From an uncultured virus (IMG/VR IMGVR_UViG_3300037067_004081) (lineage: Duplodnaviria; Heunggongvirae; Uroviricota; Caudoviricetes), in IMG/VR virus record IMGVR_UViG_3300037067_004081: a DNA stretch of 20,000 nucleotides; one strand, written 5' to 3'. Made by a program: the position numbers and the translations under genes. Under the pieces are notes generated by a model that saw only the letters and a list, made by a program, of their open reading frames with translations, had not been told where the DNA came from and did not search any database. Positions 8,934 to 16,721 of the stretch are shown here, in pieces. The first letter of the stretch is position 1. Each line of letters starts with the position of its first letter.

Positions 8934-9622
8934 ATATGAATTGGCAGAATATACCGAACAGGAAACCACCTGAAAGACCAGAGCCGGACGAATTGATTGG
9001 GATCATATCCAAAAGAGTATTGGAGCACGAATTCCAAAATGCAGTGGCAATCTTCAGGGAATTATATCAAAAGTATTACAAGTTCAGTCTCAACGGTTAC
9101 AAGAATCCATCAACAATAACAGGCATCAGAAAGATCATAGCACTTTGCAAATATAAAGGCTGGGATCTGCGTGACTTCATCGAGTGTAATGTCATTTGGT
9201 ATCTTGAGAACAGCAGATTCAAGCCTGTCCCAGTTGCACTCTGTGGTCAGAAGGCAGAGATGAAATATGAGATGTATTTGCAGGACAACTATGATGGCAG
9301 CGTTGAAAGAAGGCTTGAAGAGCTTGAGCAGATAAGAGGCACAAGTGAAAGAGTCACCCGCATGGAAGCTGCTGGGATGCTGCCGGAACAGGTGAAACAA
9401 ATGGCAGAGCAGTATGCTAAAGAAAAAGCGGATGCAGCCATCATTGATGTGGATAAAATAAAGGAGACCATGCCGGCATTCATCGCAGATAAGATGGATG
9501 TTGAAGCCTTAGAGCAGAGAGGCAGGCAAAAGGTGTTCTTTGATGCAAAAGATGAGTACATGAGGAATTGGAATTTCGCGCATGAGCAACAGGAAGCTGA
9601 ACTTCATATATGCACTTATTGA
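8930..9622 (+). CDS. Hypothetical replication-module protein
   Basis: 230-aa ORF coupled to the upstream gene and lying upstream of the helicase and primase. No recognised motif. Confidence 0.7.
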   Translation: MNMNWQNIPNRKPPERPEPDELIGIISKRVLEHEFQNAVAIFRELYQKYYKFSLNGYKNPSTITGIRKIIALCKYKGWDLRDFIECNVIWYLENSRFKPVPVALCGQKAEMKYEMYLQDNYDGSVERRLEELEQIRGTSERVTRMEAAGMLPEQVKQMAEQYAKEKADAAIIDVDKIKETMPAFIADKMDVEALEQRGRQKVFFDAKDEYMRNWNFAHEQQEAELHICTY

Positions 9623-10229
9623 TCCAAGAGACAAGAGAATCAGATATATAGGAATTGCAGTTGATGTCAAGATAAGATACAGGGCACATCTGCGAGATAA
9701 TTATCAAAGTCCAAAAGCAAATTGGATAAAATCTCTTGCCAGTAAAGGATTGAAGCCCAAACTAAAAATTCTTGAAGTCACTATTGATAGAAATAGAGAG
9801 TTGTTCTGGATAAAGAAGTATGGAAGGGACAACTTACTTAATCTAACTGATGGTGGTGAAGGAACTCTTGGCAGAATTGTGTCCAAAGAAACAAGAGATA
9901 GAGTTAGCAGTAAGCTTGCTGGTGTGAAGCCTTGCAAGGAGGCATTCGAGAATTCCCCAGTATTGAAACCAGGTTGGTACCATACCAAGGAAGCAAGAAG
10001 AAGGATTGTGGTGGCACAGTTGGGAGGAAAAAGATCAGAAGCTGCAAAGCAAAGAATGAGAGAATCACAACTTGGGAAGGTTCTTTCTGCTGAACACCGG
10101 AAAAAGATAAGTGTTGCTGTAAATGGAAACAAAAGTCACCTTGGCTTAACATTTTCTGATGAATCAAAAAGGAAGATGAGTTTGGCCAGATCCAATTGGT
10201 GGAGGGCCAAGCGTGAGCAATCAAATTAA
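9582..10229 (+). CDS. Free-standing GIY-YIG homing endonuclease with NUMOD3-like repeats
   Basis: FIYALIDPR...RYIG, R..H, E.FWI and LLN.TDGGEG nuclease motifs. C-terminal repeats such as HTKEARRRI, SEAAKQRM, SAEHRKKIS and SDESKRKMS. Confidence 0.85.
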   Translation: MSNRKLNFIYALIDPRDKRIRYIGIAVDVKIRYRAHLRDNYQSPKANWIKSLASKGLKPKLKILEVTIDRNRELFWIKKYGRDNLLNLTDGGEGTLGRIVSKETRDRVSSKLAGVKPCKEAFENSPVLKPGWYHTKEARRRIVVAQLGGKRSEAAKQRMRESQLGKVLSAEHRKKISVAVNGNKSHLGLTFSDESKRKMSLARSNWWRAKREQSN

Positions 10230-11580
10230 ACCAGATAATTTTTCAGGGTTCGATCACGGATTTCTTGATAGCATTATTCACCTAATGATAGTTGATGTCA
10301 ATTTTCTTAGGGAATATTCTGGCTTTTTGAAACCAGAGCTATTCAATGATGACACTCGTGTTCAATTAGCATATGCTGCCTTGTATTTCTTCAAGGACTG
10401 TGGCTGTGCTGCTAAGAACTTATATTTTGATTATCTTGATCGGCTGGCAGCAGAGAACGGCTATTCAGATGCAAAGGTGCAGCTGCTGAAAGAAAAGGCA
10501 GCTGACATCATGGTGAACACCACTCCCAATTCGGAATACATAACCAAGAGGTTGAAGGATTATTTCGAATTTGCAAAGGTAAAGCTGCTGCACTACCAGC
10601 TGACAAGATCCATAGATGATGGTGATGTAAAAGGAGCAATTGACAGCGTGAAGGTGGCGCAGATTGAATTGAAGAAAGGAGAGGCTGCACCTGTTGACTT
10701 CTTTGAAACCATACCAACAAGGATCAACAGAAGGGAAGTGATTCATGCCCAGGAAGATGGTGTCTATCTCAACATACCAACGCTGGACAAAAACAACATA
10801 TATGCACACAACGGTGAGATTACTCTTTGCATAGCGCCCAGCAAAAGAGGCAAGTCAATCTGCCTCACTCATGCAGCCAAATGCGCTCTGTTGCAGAATC
10901 ATACAGTGCTGCATATCAGCTTGGAAAATCCTCTGCAGATGGTTGAGGACAGATATGATGCAATGCTATCAAATATTGAGATTGATTCATTGCGGATGGG
11001 ATCAGACAAGCTGCGCAACAGAGTAGAATACATCAGGGACATCATAAAAGGAAAGTTGTTTGTGCTTTGGCGAATGGCGAAGACATATTCAACATCAGAT
11101 CTCAGAGCAGACATTACAAGCCTGAGAAGGCAGGGGCACAAGATTGATGTTGTCATAATTGACTATGGTGAACTGATGAAACCAACCGGCAAGTTTGGTG
11201 GCGAAGCAGCAATGCGAGCAATAAGAGATGACATATTTGCCGGAATGCGCGCAGTGGCTTCTGATATGGGATTTGTCTGCATAACCGCACAGCAGACACC
11301 TCTCAAGAAAAGGAAGCAATTCAGAATCTATATGGAAGATGGTCAGGAAAGCTCGATGCCTGCCCAGCATTCCAGCTTGATCATCACGCTGAACCAGACA
11401 CCTGATGAAGAGAAGGCAAATGAAATGCGGCTGTATGTTGATGGATACTGGCATGGGGTCAGTGGAACCAGGGTTGGCGATATACTTGTTAAGCAGAACT
11501 TTGACAAGATGCAATTTTGTGTTAAAGAGATTCCAATCAGCCAGGGTGTTGAGGCTTCAAATTCGCAGGCAAATCCATGA
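10213..11580 (+). CDS. Replicative DNA helicase, DnaB-like (SF4)
   Basis: Walker A APSKRGKS, HISLE, Walker B VVIIDYGELM and TAQQ motifs. GTG start with a GGAGG RBS. Confidence 0.85.
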   Translation: MSNQIKPDNFSGFDHGFLDSIIHLMIVDVNFLREYSGFLKPELFNDDTRVQLAYAALYFFKDCGCAAKNLYFDYLDRLAAENGYSDAKVQLLKEKAADIMVNTTPNSEYITKRLKDYFEFAKVKLLHYQLTRSIDDGDVKGAIDSVKVAQIELKKGEAAPVDFFETIPTRINRREVIHAQEDGVYLNIPTLDKNNIYAHNGEITLCIAPSKRGKSICLTHAAKCALLQNHTVLHISLENPLQMVEDRYDAMLSNIEIDSLRMGSDKLRNRVEYIRDIIKGKLFVLWRMAKTYSTSDLRADITSLRRQGHKIDVVIIDYGELMKPTGKFGGEAAMRAIRDDIFAGMRAVASDMGFVCITAQQTPLKKRKQFRIYMEDGQESSMPAQHSSLIITLNQTPDEEKANEMRLYVDGYWHGVSGTRVGDILVKQNFDKMQFCVKEIPISQGVEASNSQANP

Positions 11581-12458
11581 ACCAAGGTGAAAGAATCATC
11601 ACAGGACAACCGAATGCAAGGCCTGGAGGCACCCCAGGAGAGTGGACAATTTTCTGCCCATGGCACGAGATGGGTGCAAGGCATATGCCTTCCTGCTGTG
11701 TCAATCTGGTGAAGGGTGTATTCATCTGCCACGGTTGTGGGATTGCAGGAAGGCTGGCCAAGCTGGTTGCCAAGCTGGAGAATGTTTCATACAAAGAGGC
11801 AATCGGTTTGGTTGGTGGTGAAGCAAGAGGAAGATTCAAGGATCAGGATGCAGCTGTGCAGTTGCCTGAAGAGTATCAGAACTTGCCTGCTGTTGGAAGG
11901 TTTGCATCAGAGGCGATTACCTATTTGCAGAACAGGAGAATCACCCAGAAACAAATTGAGCACCACCAGATTGGATTCTGCGGCACAGGCAAATATGCAA
12001 GAAGGATAATTGTGCCAATCACCCATGAAGGAAAGTTGATCAATTTCATCGCAAGGGATTGGACAGGAAGATCAGAACGCAAAGTGCTGAATCCTCCAGG
12101 CAGTCAGGCAATCCGATCAGTGTTTGGGTGGGATAGAGCCTGTAATTATGCAAGGTCAGTGGTGATCACAGAAGGCTGGGCTGATGCGCTTGCAGTAGAA
12201 AGAGTGTTGCAGAAAGACAGATACTTTTCAGATTGGGCTGCACTGGCGATTGGTGGCAAAGAGATAAGTGATGACAAGCTTCTGATGTTTACCAAGTTTG
12301 AAAAGTTTGTTGTCATGTTGGACTCTGCAGCCAGAGCAGATGCTGTGTTGGTTGGCAGGAAGCTGACAAGCTTCACAGACAAAATCAGAATTGTTAAGGT
12401 GTCTGGCAAAGATCCTGCTGAGACACCAGAGGAAGAAATCATGAGGTTGATACGATGA
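11577..12458 (+). CDS. DNA primase (CHC2 zinc finger + TOPRIM)
   Basis: CPWH...CHGCG zinc finger, YLQNRRI, RIIVPI, ARD, ITEGWADAL, and KDP near the C-terminus. Adjacent to the helicase. Confidence 0.85.
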   Translation: MNQGERIITGQPNARPGGTPGEWTIFCPWHEMGARHMPSCCVNLVKGVFICHGCGIAGRLAKLVAKLENVSYKEAIGLVGGEARGRFKDQDAAVQLPEEYQNLPAVGRFASEAITYLQNRRITQKQIEHHQIGFCGTGKYARRIIVPITHEGKLINFIARDWTGRSERKVLNPPGSQAIRSVFGWDRACNYARSVVITEGWADALAVERVLQKDRYFSDWAALAIGGKEISDDKLLMFTKFEKFVVMLDSAARADAVLVGRKLTSFTDKIRIVKVSGKDPAETPEEEIMRLIR

Positions 12459-12664
12459 AAAGACGATGGGTTGATCTGAATGACATTCTGACAAGAAAAG
12501 AAGCTGCTGATTTATATGGATGCAGCCTTCAAACGCTGCAATATCACATCGGAACAGGCAGACTGCAGCCTGTTTTCTCGAAAGGCAGTGTGAAATTGTT
12601 CCTCAGAAGCCAGATTTTGGCGCTGAAAGCTCTTAAATTACACGCTGGAAGGCCAAAATTATAA
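12455..12664 (+). CDS. Small helix-turn-helix DNA-binding protein (excisionase/MerR-like HTH)
   Basis: 69 aa with the pattern LTRKEAADLYGCS.QTL..HI.TGRL.P. ATGA-coupled to the primase. Confidence 0.75.
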   Translation: MKRRWVDLNDILTRKEAADLYGCSLQTLQYHIGTGRLQPVFSKGSVKLFLRSQILALKALKLHAGRPKL

Positions 12665-12770
12665 GAAAAAATCACTATTTACCAAAAATAATTTCTCCCA
12701 TAAATGCTGCAATTACATAAACTTGCCTGTCTGACCAAAAATAAATCGACAAAAGTTGAAAATAATCCTA

Positions 12771-12798
12771 TTGCTTTTGACGGGATTTCCGATAAGAT
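12771..12798 (+). promoter_or_regulatory. Candidate sigma70-type promoter for the accessory operon
   Basis: TTGCTT (12771-76), 16-nt spacer, TAAGAT (12793-98), with an overlapping TTGACG (12777-82) and an A-rich UP-like sequence upstream. Confidence 0.4.
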
Positions 12799-12809
12799 AG
12801 TCATAACTT

Positions 12810-13230
12810 GGAGGTGAGACGGAAACAAAAGCAAGACGGTGATGGTGGTTCTAAAGTACACCCACCGAAATAAAGAAAGCCAGCGGGAAAGTAAGAATCG
12901 GGTGTCCAGGCTTAGGGTCAGACGCCAAGAGAAGAAATCCCAAAAGCAGCGGAAAAATCCAGATAGAAGGCTCTGGAGATAAACAAAAGCCTAGACCAAA
13001 GCGGAAAATCGCTTAGGCGCAACTACTGAAGCCTGATGAGGGATAAGGTGGACCTAGACCAAGAATCACGGTGTAGGCAAGGCTGCTGACAAGCCTGGAG
13101 AAACAGACGATAGAATTGCGAAAGCACGCCAGTCAAGTAGGGTGGCTTGGCTCAAGGGTGTGATCCTTGAAAAACGGGTTGGATGCTGCGCAACTTCTTC
13201 TAAGGAGATGAAAAGAGAGATAATGAAAAT
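12810..13230 (+). ncRNA. Candidate large structured non-coding RNA or leader, family unassigned
   Basis: No credible ORF. A long-range helix TCCAGGCTT(AGG)GTCAG (12905-21)/CTGACAAGCCTGGA (13086-99) encloses several hairpins. Further hairpins downstream have G-U pairs and a GAAA tetraloop. Confidence 0.55.
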
Positions 13231-13303
13231 GCAGAGTGGCGGTGAAGCGAATAACTTCACCGTTAATGCGCTGGGCAAGGTGCCCATTCAGTCACAAGCC
13301 TGA
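13231..13303 (+). ncRNA. Twister ribozyme (circularly permuted, P5-open), copy 1
   Basis: GCA-GA-GTG-G; P1 CGGTGAAG/CTTCACCG; TTAA-TGC-GC; P3 TGGGCA/TGCCCA; P4 TCAG[TCACAAGC]CTGA. Predicted cut 13264/13265. Confidence 0.85.
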
Positions 13304-13318
13304 TAAGGAGAGAATGAA

Positions 13319-13573
13319 ATGAATCTATCATCAAAGACACCACCTGCAGTAAGAATGATGACAACTGAAGACTTCCTGAGTTTGGCAGAGCGGATTGGCA
13401 GAATATATCGTGCACCTGGTAGTGGTGCTGGTGAAGGTTACTTGAGAGCAAAAAGGGAAATCAAATTGCAGCTTGACCAAGCAGGAATGACCCCAGAAGA
13501 GTTTGACCGAACAATGAAGCCTATTGCAAAACGGCGCAGAGTGATTAAGCTTTCCAGAATGCAATTTGAATAA
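13319..13573 (+). CDS. Hypothetical protein (84 aa)
   Basis: AAGGAG RBS 8 nt upstream, directly after twister copy 1. Confidence 0.65.
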   Translation: MNLSSKTPPAVRMMTTEDFLSLAERIGRIYRAPGSGAGEGYLRAKREIKLQLDQAGMTPEEFDRTMKPIAKRRRVIKLSRMQFE

Positions 13574-13587
13574 GAAAGGATTTGGCC

Positions 13588-13686
13588 ATGGATATCGGAT
13601 CAATTATAATTTCGGTTGGTGCAGTCTTATTCCTTCTCAAGCTGTTGGGATCAATAAGAAGAGCAAAAAGCATTTCGAGCAGATAG
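13588..13686 (+). CDS. Small single-pass membrane peptide (32 aa; not in ORF track)
   Basis: AAAGGA RBS; MDIGSIIISVGAVLFLLKLLGSIRRAKSISSR*. Its TAG shares its G with the first base of twister copy 2, as in other cassettes. Confidence 0.65.
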   Translation: MDIGSIIISVGAVLFLLKLLGSIRRAKSISSR

Positions 13687-13750
13687 CAGAGTGGGGTTGC
13701 TTAGGCAACCTTAATGCGCTGGGCATATTGCCCAACAGTCACAAGCCTGT
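13686..13750 (+). ncRNA. Twister ribozyme, copy 2
   Basis: Same core; P1 GGTTGC/GCAACC, P3 TGGGCA/TGCCCA, P4 ACAG/CTGT. Predicted cut 13712/13713. Confidence 0.85.
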
Positions 13751-13775
13751 TAAACTTTTCCAAGGAGAAAATCAC

Positions 13776-14477
13776 ATGACTAGCAAGAACAGTTCTTTGA
13801 TAGTAACCAGCAACAAATTGACGGCACAGCAGGAAGCGGACATATTGAGCAAGGGAATTGTTGACCTGGATGACTTCATGGACAACTTCCAATATCTGTG
13901 TTTCGTGCTTGATGGCTCTGGTAGCACCCACTGCCCACTTGAAGGTGATAATCCTCAGCGGATGACAGTGGTTGACCTTGAGAAGAAAGTCATCCAGCGC
14001 TATGCTGACAAAAAGATCGGCGAAAAAGCGCTGTCCATGAAGATCGGGATTGTTGAGTTTGACAACAAGACTCGAATTCACCTGACAGGTTCATCCGATC
14101 TGCAGGAAATCAAAGCAGCCATCGGCAACATCGGCAGCATGGGTGGAGGCACGACAATCAGCAAGGGAATTCGCGGTGGCTTGTCGATGCTGAAGAAGAG
14201 CAAAGACTTCACGCCCAGAATCATCCTCACTTCTGATGGTGAGTTTTATGACATCCATGCCGCTCTTGAGGCTGCAGAGGATGCAAAGAAAAAAGGCATC
14301 GTCATCGACACAATTTATTGTGGAGCTGGCAGAGCATCTGACAAGAATGCCTCTGAACTTCTGAAGCGGATATCTGAAGCCACTGGTGGCGTCCATGAGG
14401 AAATCACTGGTGCCCATGACTTTGAAGAGAAGTTCCTGAAGGTTGCAGAGCGCAAGATGCTTTCTGCCACCTTATAA
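13776..14477 (+). CDS. von Willebrand factor A (vWA) domain protein
   Basis: MIDAS motif FVLDGSGS (DxSxS), GGGTT and IILTSDG. Start at ATG 13776 after AAGGAG; 233 aa. Confidence 0.85.
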   Translation: MTSKNSSLIVTSNKLTAQQEADILSKGIVDLDDFMDNFQYLCFVLDGSGSTHCPLEGDNPQRMTVVDLEKKVIQRYADKKIGEKALSMKIGIVEFDNKTRIHLTGSSDLQEIKAAIGNIGSMGGGTTISKGIRGGLSMLKKSKDFTPRIILTSDGEFYDIHAALEAAEDAKKKGIVIDTIYCGAGRASDKNASELLKRISEATGGVHEEITGAHDFEEKFLKVAERKMLSATL

Positions 14478-14479
14478 TA

Positions 14480-14550
14480 GCAGAGTGGACTTGGGAGCAA
14501 TCCCAAGTTTAATGCGCTGGGCAAGGTGCCCATTCAGTCACAAGCCTGAA
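14480..14550 (+). ncRNA. Twister ribozyme, copy 3
   Basis: P1 ACTTGGGA-GCAA-TCCCAAGT (GNRA loop), P3 TGGGCA/TGCCCA, P4 TTCAG/CTGAA. Predicted cut 14510/14511. Confidence 0.85.
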
Positions 14551-14563
14551 AAGGAGAAATGTT

Positions 14564-15238
14564 ATGGCATCAACCAGGAAAGCTTTGGAGTTGATTTATG
14601 GAATGTTCGCAAGGGCAATCGCTGATCTTGATCAGCGCAACAGCCTTCTTGTTCAGGCTGTGGGAATCATGGATCCAATCTGTGGTAGTTTAAGGCTATT
14701 GCAACAGCGTGATCCCAATGTCAAATACCTTGCTGATGATGCAGAGAAGCTTTGGAACAAGGCAAAGCTCTGCAGGCAACGGGCAATGGGCACCAACTTC
14801 CCTGAAGAGAAGGAAGTGAGCCTGAGAATGGCCTTGAAGTTCATGGGAAGATTTGCAGCAAAACTGAATCCGCCCAGTATTGATGATGCAATCCTTATGC
14901 TGGAAAGCAATCAGAAGGGTGGCAAGGCTTCAAAGGCACCAAAAGCTCCAAAGGCAACCGGGCAGCCAAAAGCGCCAACAGTTCCTGGCAACTATCCTTC
15001 AAACATTCCTCCATTGGGCCCAGACGGAATTCCTGCATGGAAACCTGGGACATCAGCCAGGATCTGCGCTGATATCCTGATGGCGCAGGATTCAATAAGC
15101 AAGATGGATGCAAGGAAAGCAGCACACGCTGCTGGCTTCAAATCAGATAATGTTGATGCCCGTATCAATATGGTTGCTGGCTTTCTGGTAAAGTTTGGGA
15201 AGCTGAAGAGAACCAAGGTTGGTTGGGTTAAAGCATAG
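14564..15238 (+). CDS. Hypothetical protein with a DUF2786-like segment, Pro/Lys linker and possible C-terminal winged helix
   Basis: AAGGAG RBS. KAKLCRQRAMGTNFPEEKEVSLRMALKFM loosely resembles DUF2786; linker KAPKAPKA; basic C-terminus. Confidence 0.7.
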   Translation: MASTRKALELIYGMFARAIADLDQRNSLLVQAVGIMDPICGSLRLLQQRDPNVKYLADDAEKLWNKAKLCRQRAMGTNFPEEKEVSLRMALKFMGRFAAKLNPPSIDDAILMLESNQKGGKASKAPKAPKATGQPKAPTVPGNYPSNIPPLGPDGIPAWKPGTSARICADILMAQDSISKMDARKAAHAAGFKSDNVDARINMVAGFLVKFGKLKRTKVGWVKA

Positions 15239-15308
15239 CAGAGTGGGGCTGGAGTCATCCAGCCTTAATGCGCTGGCGGGATTGTCCTGCCAATAGTCAC
15301 AAGCCTAT
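15238..15308 (+). ncRNA. Twister ribozyme, copy 4
   Basis: P1 GGCTGGA/TCCAGCC, P3 TGGCGGGA/TCCTGCCA (one G-U), P4 ATAG/CTAT. Predicted cut 15266/15267. Confidence 0.85.
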
Positions 15309-15324
15309 AACAAGGAGAAATCAA

Positions 15325-15684
15325 ATGGGAACAGTAATAGTTGAATGCGATGCTTGCCACACCAAGAACAGAATGCAAGAAGACAGAATCGGAACAGCAC
15401 GCTGCGGCAAATGCGGCAATCCTCTTATGGATGCATATACAGATCAATTTGGTGGCAGTGAAGAGGATGAAGAGTTGGAATTTGATGATGACGATGATGC
15501 TGACAGTGAAGATGATGAAGATGACCCAAGATGCTTTGGGTGTGGTCATGATTGGAAGAGTAATTGGTCAGAAGATGATCTGGCCACAGTAAAAATAAAG
15601 GGTGTTTCAAAGGGCATTAAAACTGTTCAAGTCTGCCCAGAGTGCATGGATGAAGTCAAGCAGCAATATAAGGTAGTCGAATAG
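15325..15684 (+). CDS. Double zinc-ribbon protein with acidic linker (119 aa)
   Basis: AAGGAG RBS before ATG 15325. CDAC..KNR...CGKC resembles the TrxC N-terminal Zn ribbon; then a D/E tract and CFGC...CPEC. Confidence 0.75.
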   Translation: MGTVIVECDACHTKNRMQEDRIGTARCGKCGNPLMDAYTDQFGGSEEDEELEFDDDDDADSEDDEDDPRCFGCGHDWKSNWSEDDLATVKIKGVSKGIKTVQVCPECMDEVKQQYKVVE

Positions 15685-15752
15685 CAGAGTGGGCCCAGGA
15701 ACACAACCTGGGCTTAATGCGCTGGCAAATGTGCCACTAGTCACAAGCCTAG
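15684..15752 (+). ncRNA. Twister ribozyme, copy 5
   Basis: P1 GCCCAGG/CCTGGGC, P3 TGGCA/TGCCA, P4 CTAG/CTAG. Predicted cut 15715/15716. Confidence 0.85.
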
Positions 15753-15768
15753 AAAAAGGAGAAACCAA

Positions 15769-16200
15769 ATGGGAACTTGTTCAGCTATAATAAATGATAT
15801 GAGCGCAGCAGGTGGATGTAGCCTTGATTTTGACTCTTCTGAATATGAAAGAGAATTGACAGAGGAAGAGTTTGCCCAGCAGGAAAAGAGGCGCAGGCGC
15901 AACCGACAAATACAGAGAAGCCACAATCGGATATACAAGAGCAAGAGGAAAGCTTTGATTGCTGCCATGGGCGGTGAGTGTGTTGAGTGTGGAAAGAAAA
16001 GAAAGCTTGAATTCCATCATCCTGATGGACGTGATTGGAATGTCAGATCAATGAACCAATGGCGCAGAATAAAGAAGTATGAAGAGGAATGGGCTGCAGG
16101 CAAAATTGAGCTGCTGTGCAGATCCTGTAATGGCGGCATCAATCCGAAAAAGGAAAGGGAAGAGGAAGAAGCATATGATGAATATGCAGACTGTGAGTGA
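15769..16200 (+). CDS. HNH endonuclease-like protein
   Basis: CVECG....LEFHH...LLCRSCN zinc-finger HNH pattern; AAGGAG RBS. Confidence 0.75.
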   Translation: MGTCSAIINDMSAAGGCSLDFDSSEYERELTEEEFAQQEKRRRRNRQIQRSHNRIYKSKRKALIAAMGGECVECGKKRKLEFHHPDGRDWNVRSMNQWRRIKKYEEEWAAGKIELLCRSCNGGINPKKEREEEEAYDEYADCE

Positions 16201-16366
16201 TGTTATCTTTATTGGCACCCAAGAGCAGTCTGGTGGCCTTCCTGGGTTGCCGATGTATAATGACAAGGTGACAGGAACCACCTTTGTTGTTGGGCCAGGA
16301 GAGACCCTGGAGCAAGCAGTTGAAAGGAAGCGGAAACAATTTGAGGAATATGGAAAGGAGTTTTGA
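16175..16366 (+). CDS. Hypothetical protein (about 60 aa; start uncertain)
   Basis: GAGG upstream of ATG 16175. Fills the gap between the HNH gene and the next gene, and its stop abuts the next ATG. Confidence 0.55.
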   Translation: MMNMQTVSDVIFIGTQEQSGGLPGLPMYNDKVTGTTFVVGPGETLEQAVERKRKQFEEYGKEF

Positions 16367-16714
16367 ATGTCAGGGAACAGGAATAGAGAGCAGTCAAACT
16401 CAATAACCCAACTGGTGAAGATTGTTTGCAGGGAAGTTGTTGAGGAAGTTCTGAAGGAAAAGGAAAGAACAGCGAAACAGGAAACAGACCCAACCTGGAC
16501 ACCGGATAAGCTTGGAGCGCTGGGCAATGTCAAGGACAGCGTGCTGCCTGAAAGGGCTGGCCATGATTGGTCACAGGAAGAAGACAATTTTTTGCTTCTG
16601 GAGATGGACAGAGCAATTGAAGCTATTGCCCAGAATCATAAGCGGAAACCTGGTGCCATTCGTGCTAGGGTGGGCAGGAAGGAACTTTTCAGGTGCAGGC
16701 CTGATAGTTTATAA
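16367..16714 (+). CDS. Hypothetical protein with Myb/SANT-like HTH C-terminus
   Basis: AAGGAG RBS; pattern AGHDWSQEED..LL...IEAIA..HKR.PGAIRAR. Confidence 0.7.
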   Translation: MSGNRNREQSNSITQLVKIVCREVVEEVLKEKERTAKQETDPTWTPDKLGALGNVKDSVLPERAGHDWSQEEDNFLLLEMDRAIEAIAQNHKRKPGAIRARVGRKELFRCRPDSL

Positions 16715-16721
16715 TAGAATT

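Noticed and set aside
9582..10229. Group I intron around the GIY-YIG gene
   Set aside because: The ORF overlaps both neighbours, leaving no room for an intron core, and no gene is split.
13033..13040. CTGATGAG as a hammerhead ribozyme core
   Set aside because: I could not build convincing stems II and III with a correctly placed GAAA. The flanking bases fit other helices of the large RNA better.
13086..13099. GACAAGCCTG as a seventh twister copy
   Set aside because: It lacks the TAATGCGC and GCAGAGTG blocks and instead pairs with 12905-12921.
13566..13775. 70-aa N-terminal extension of the vWA ORF
   Set aside because: It reads through twister 2 and the 32-aa peptide gene. The RBS-supported start is 13776. 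Similar extensions at 4968, 5467, 6004, 8505 and 15268 were also trimmed.
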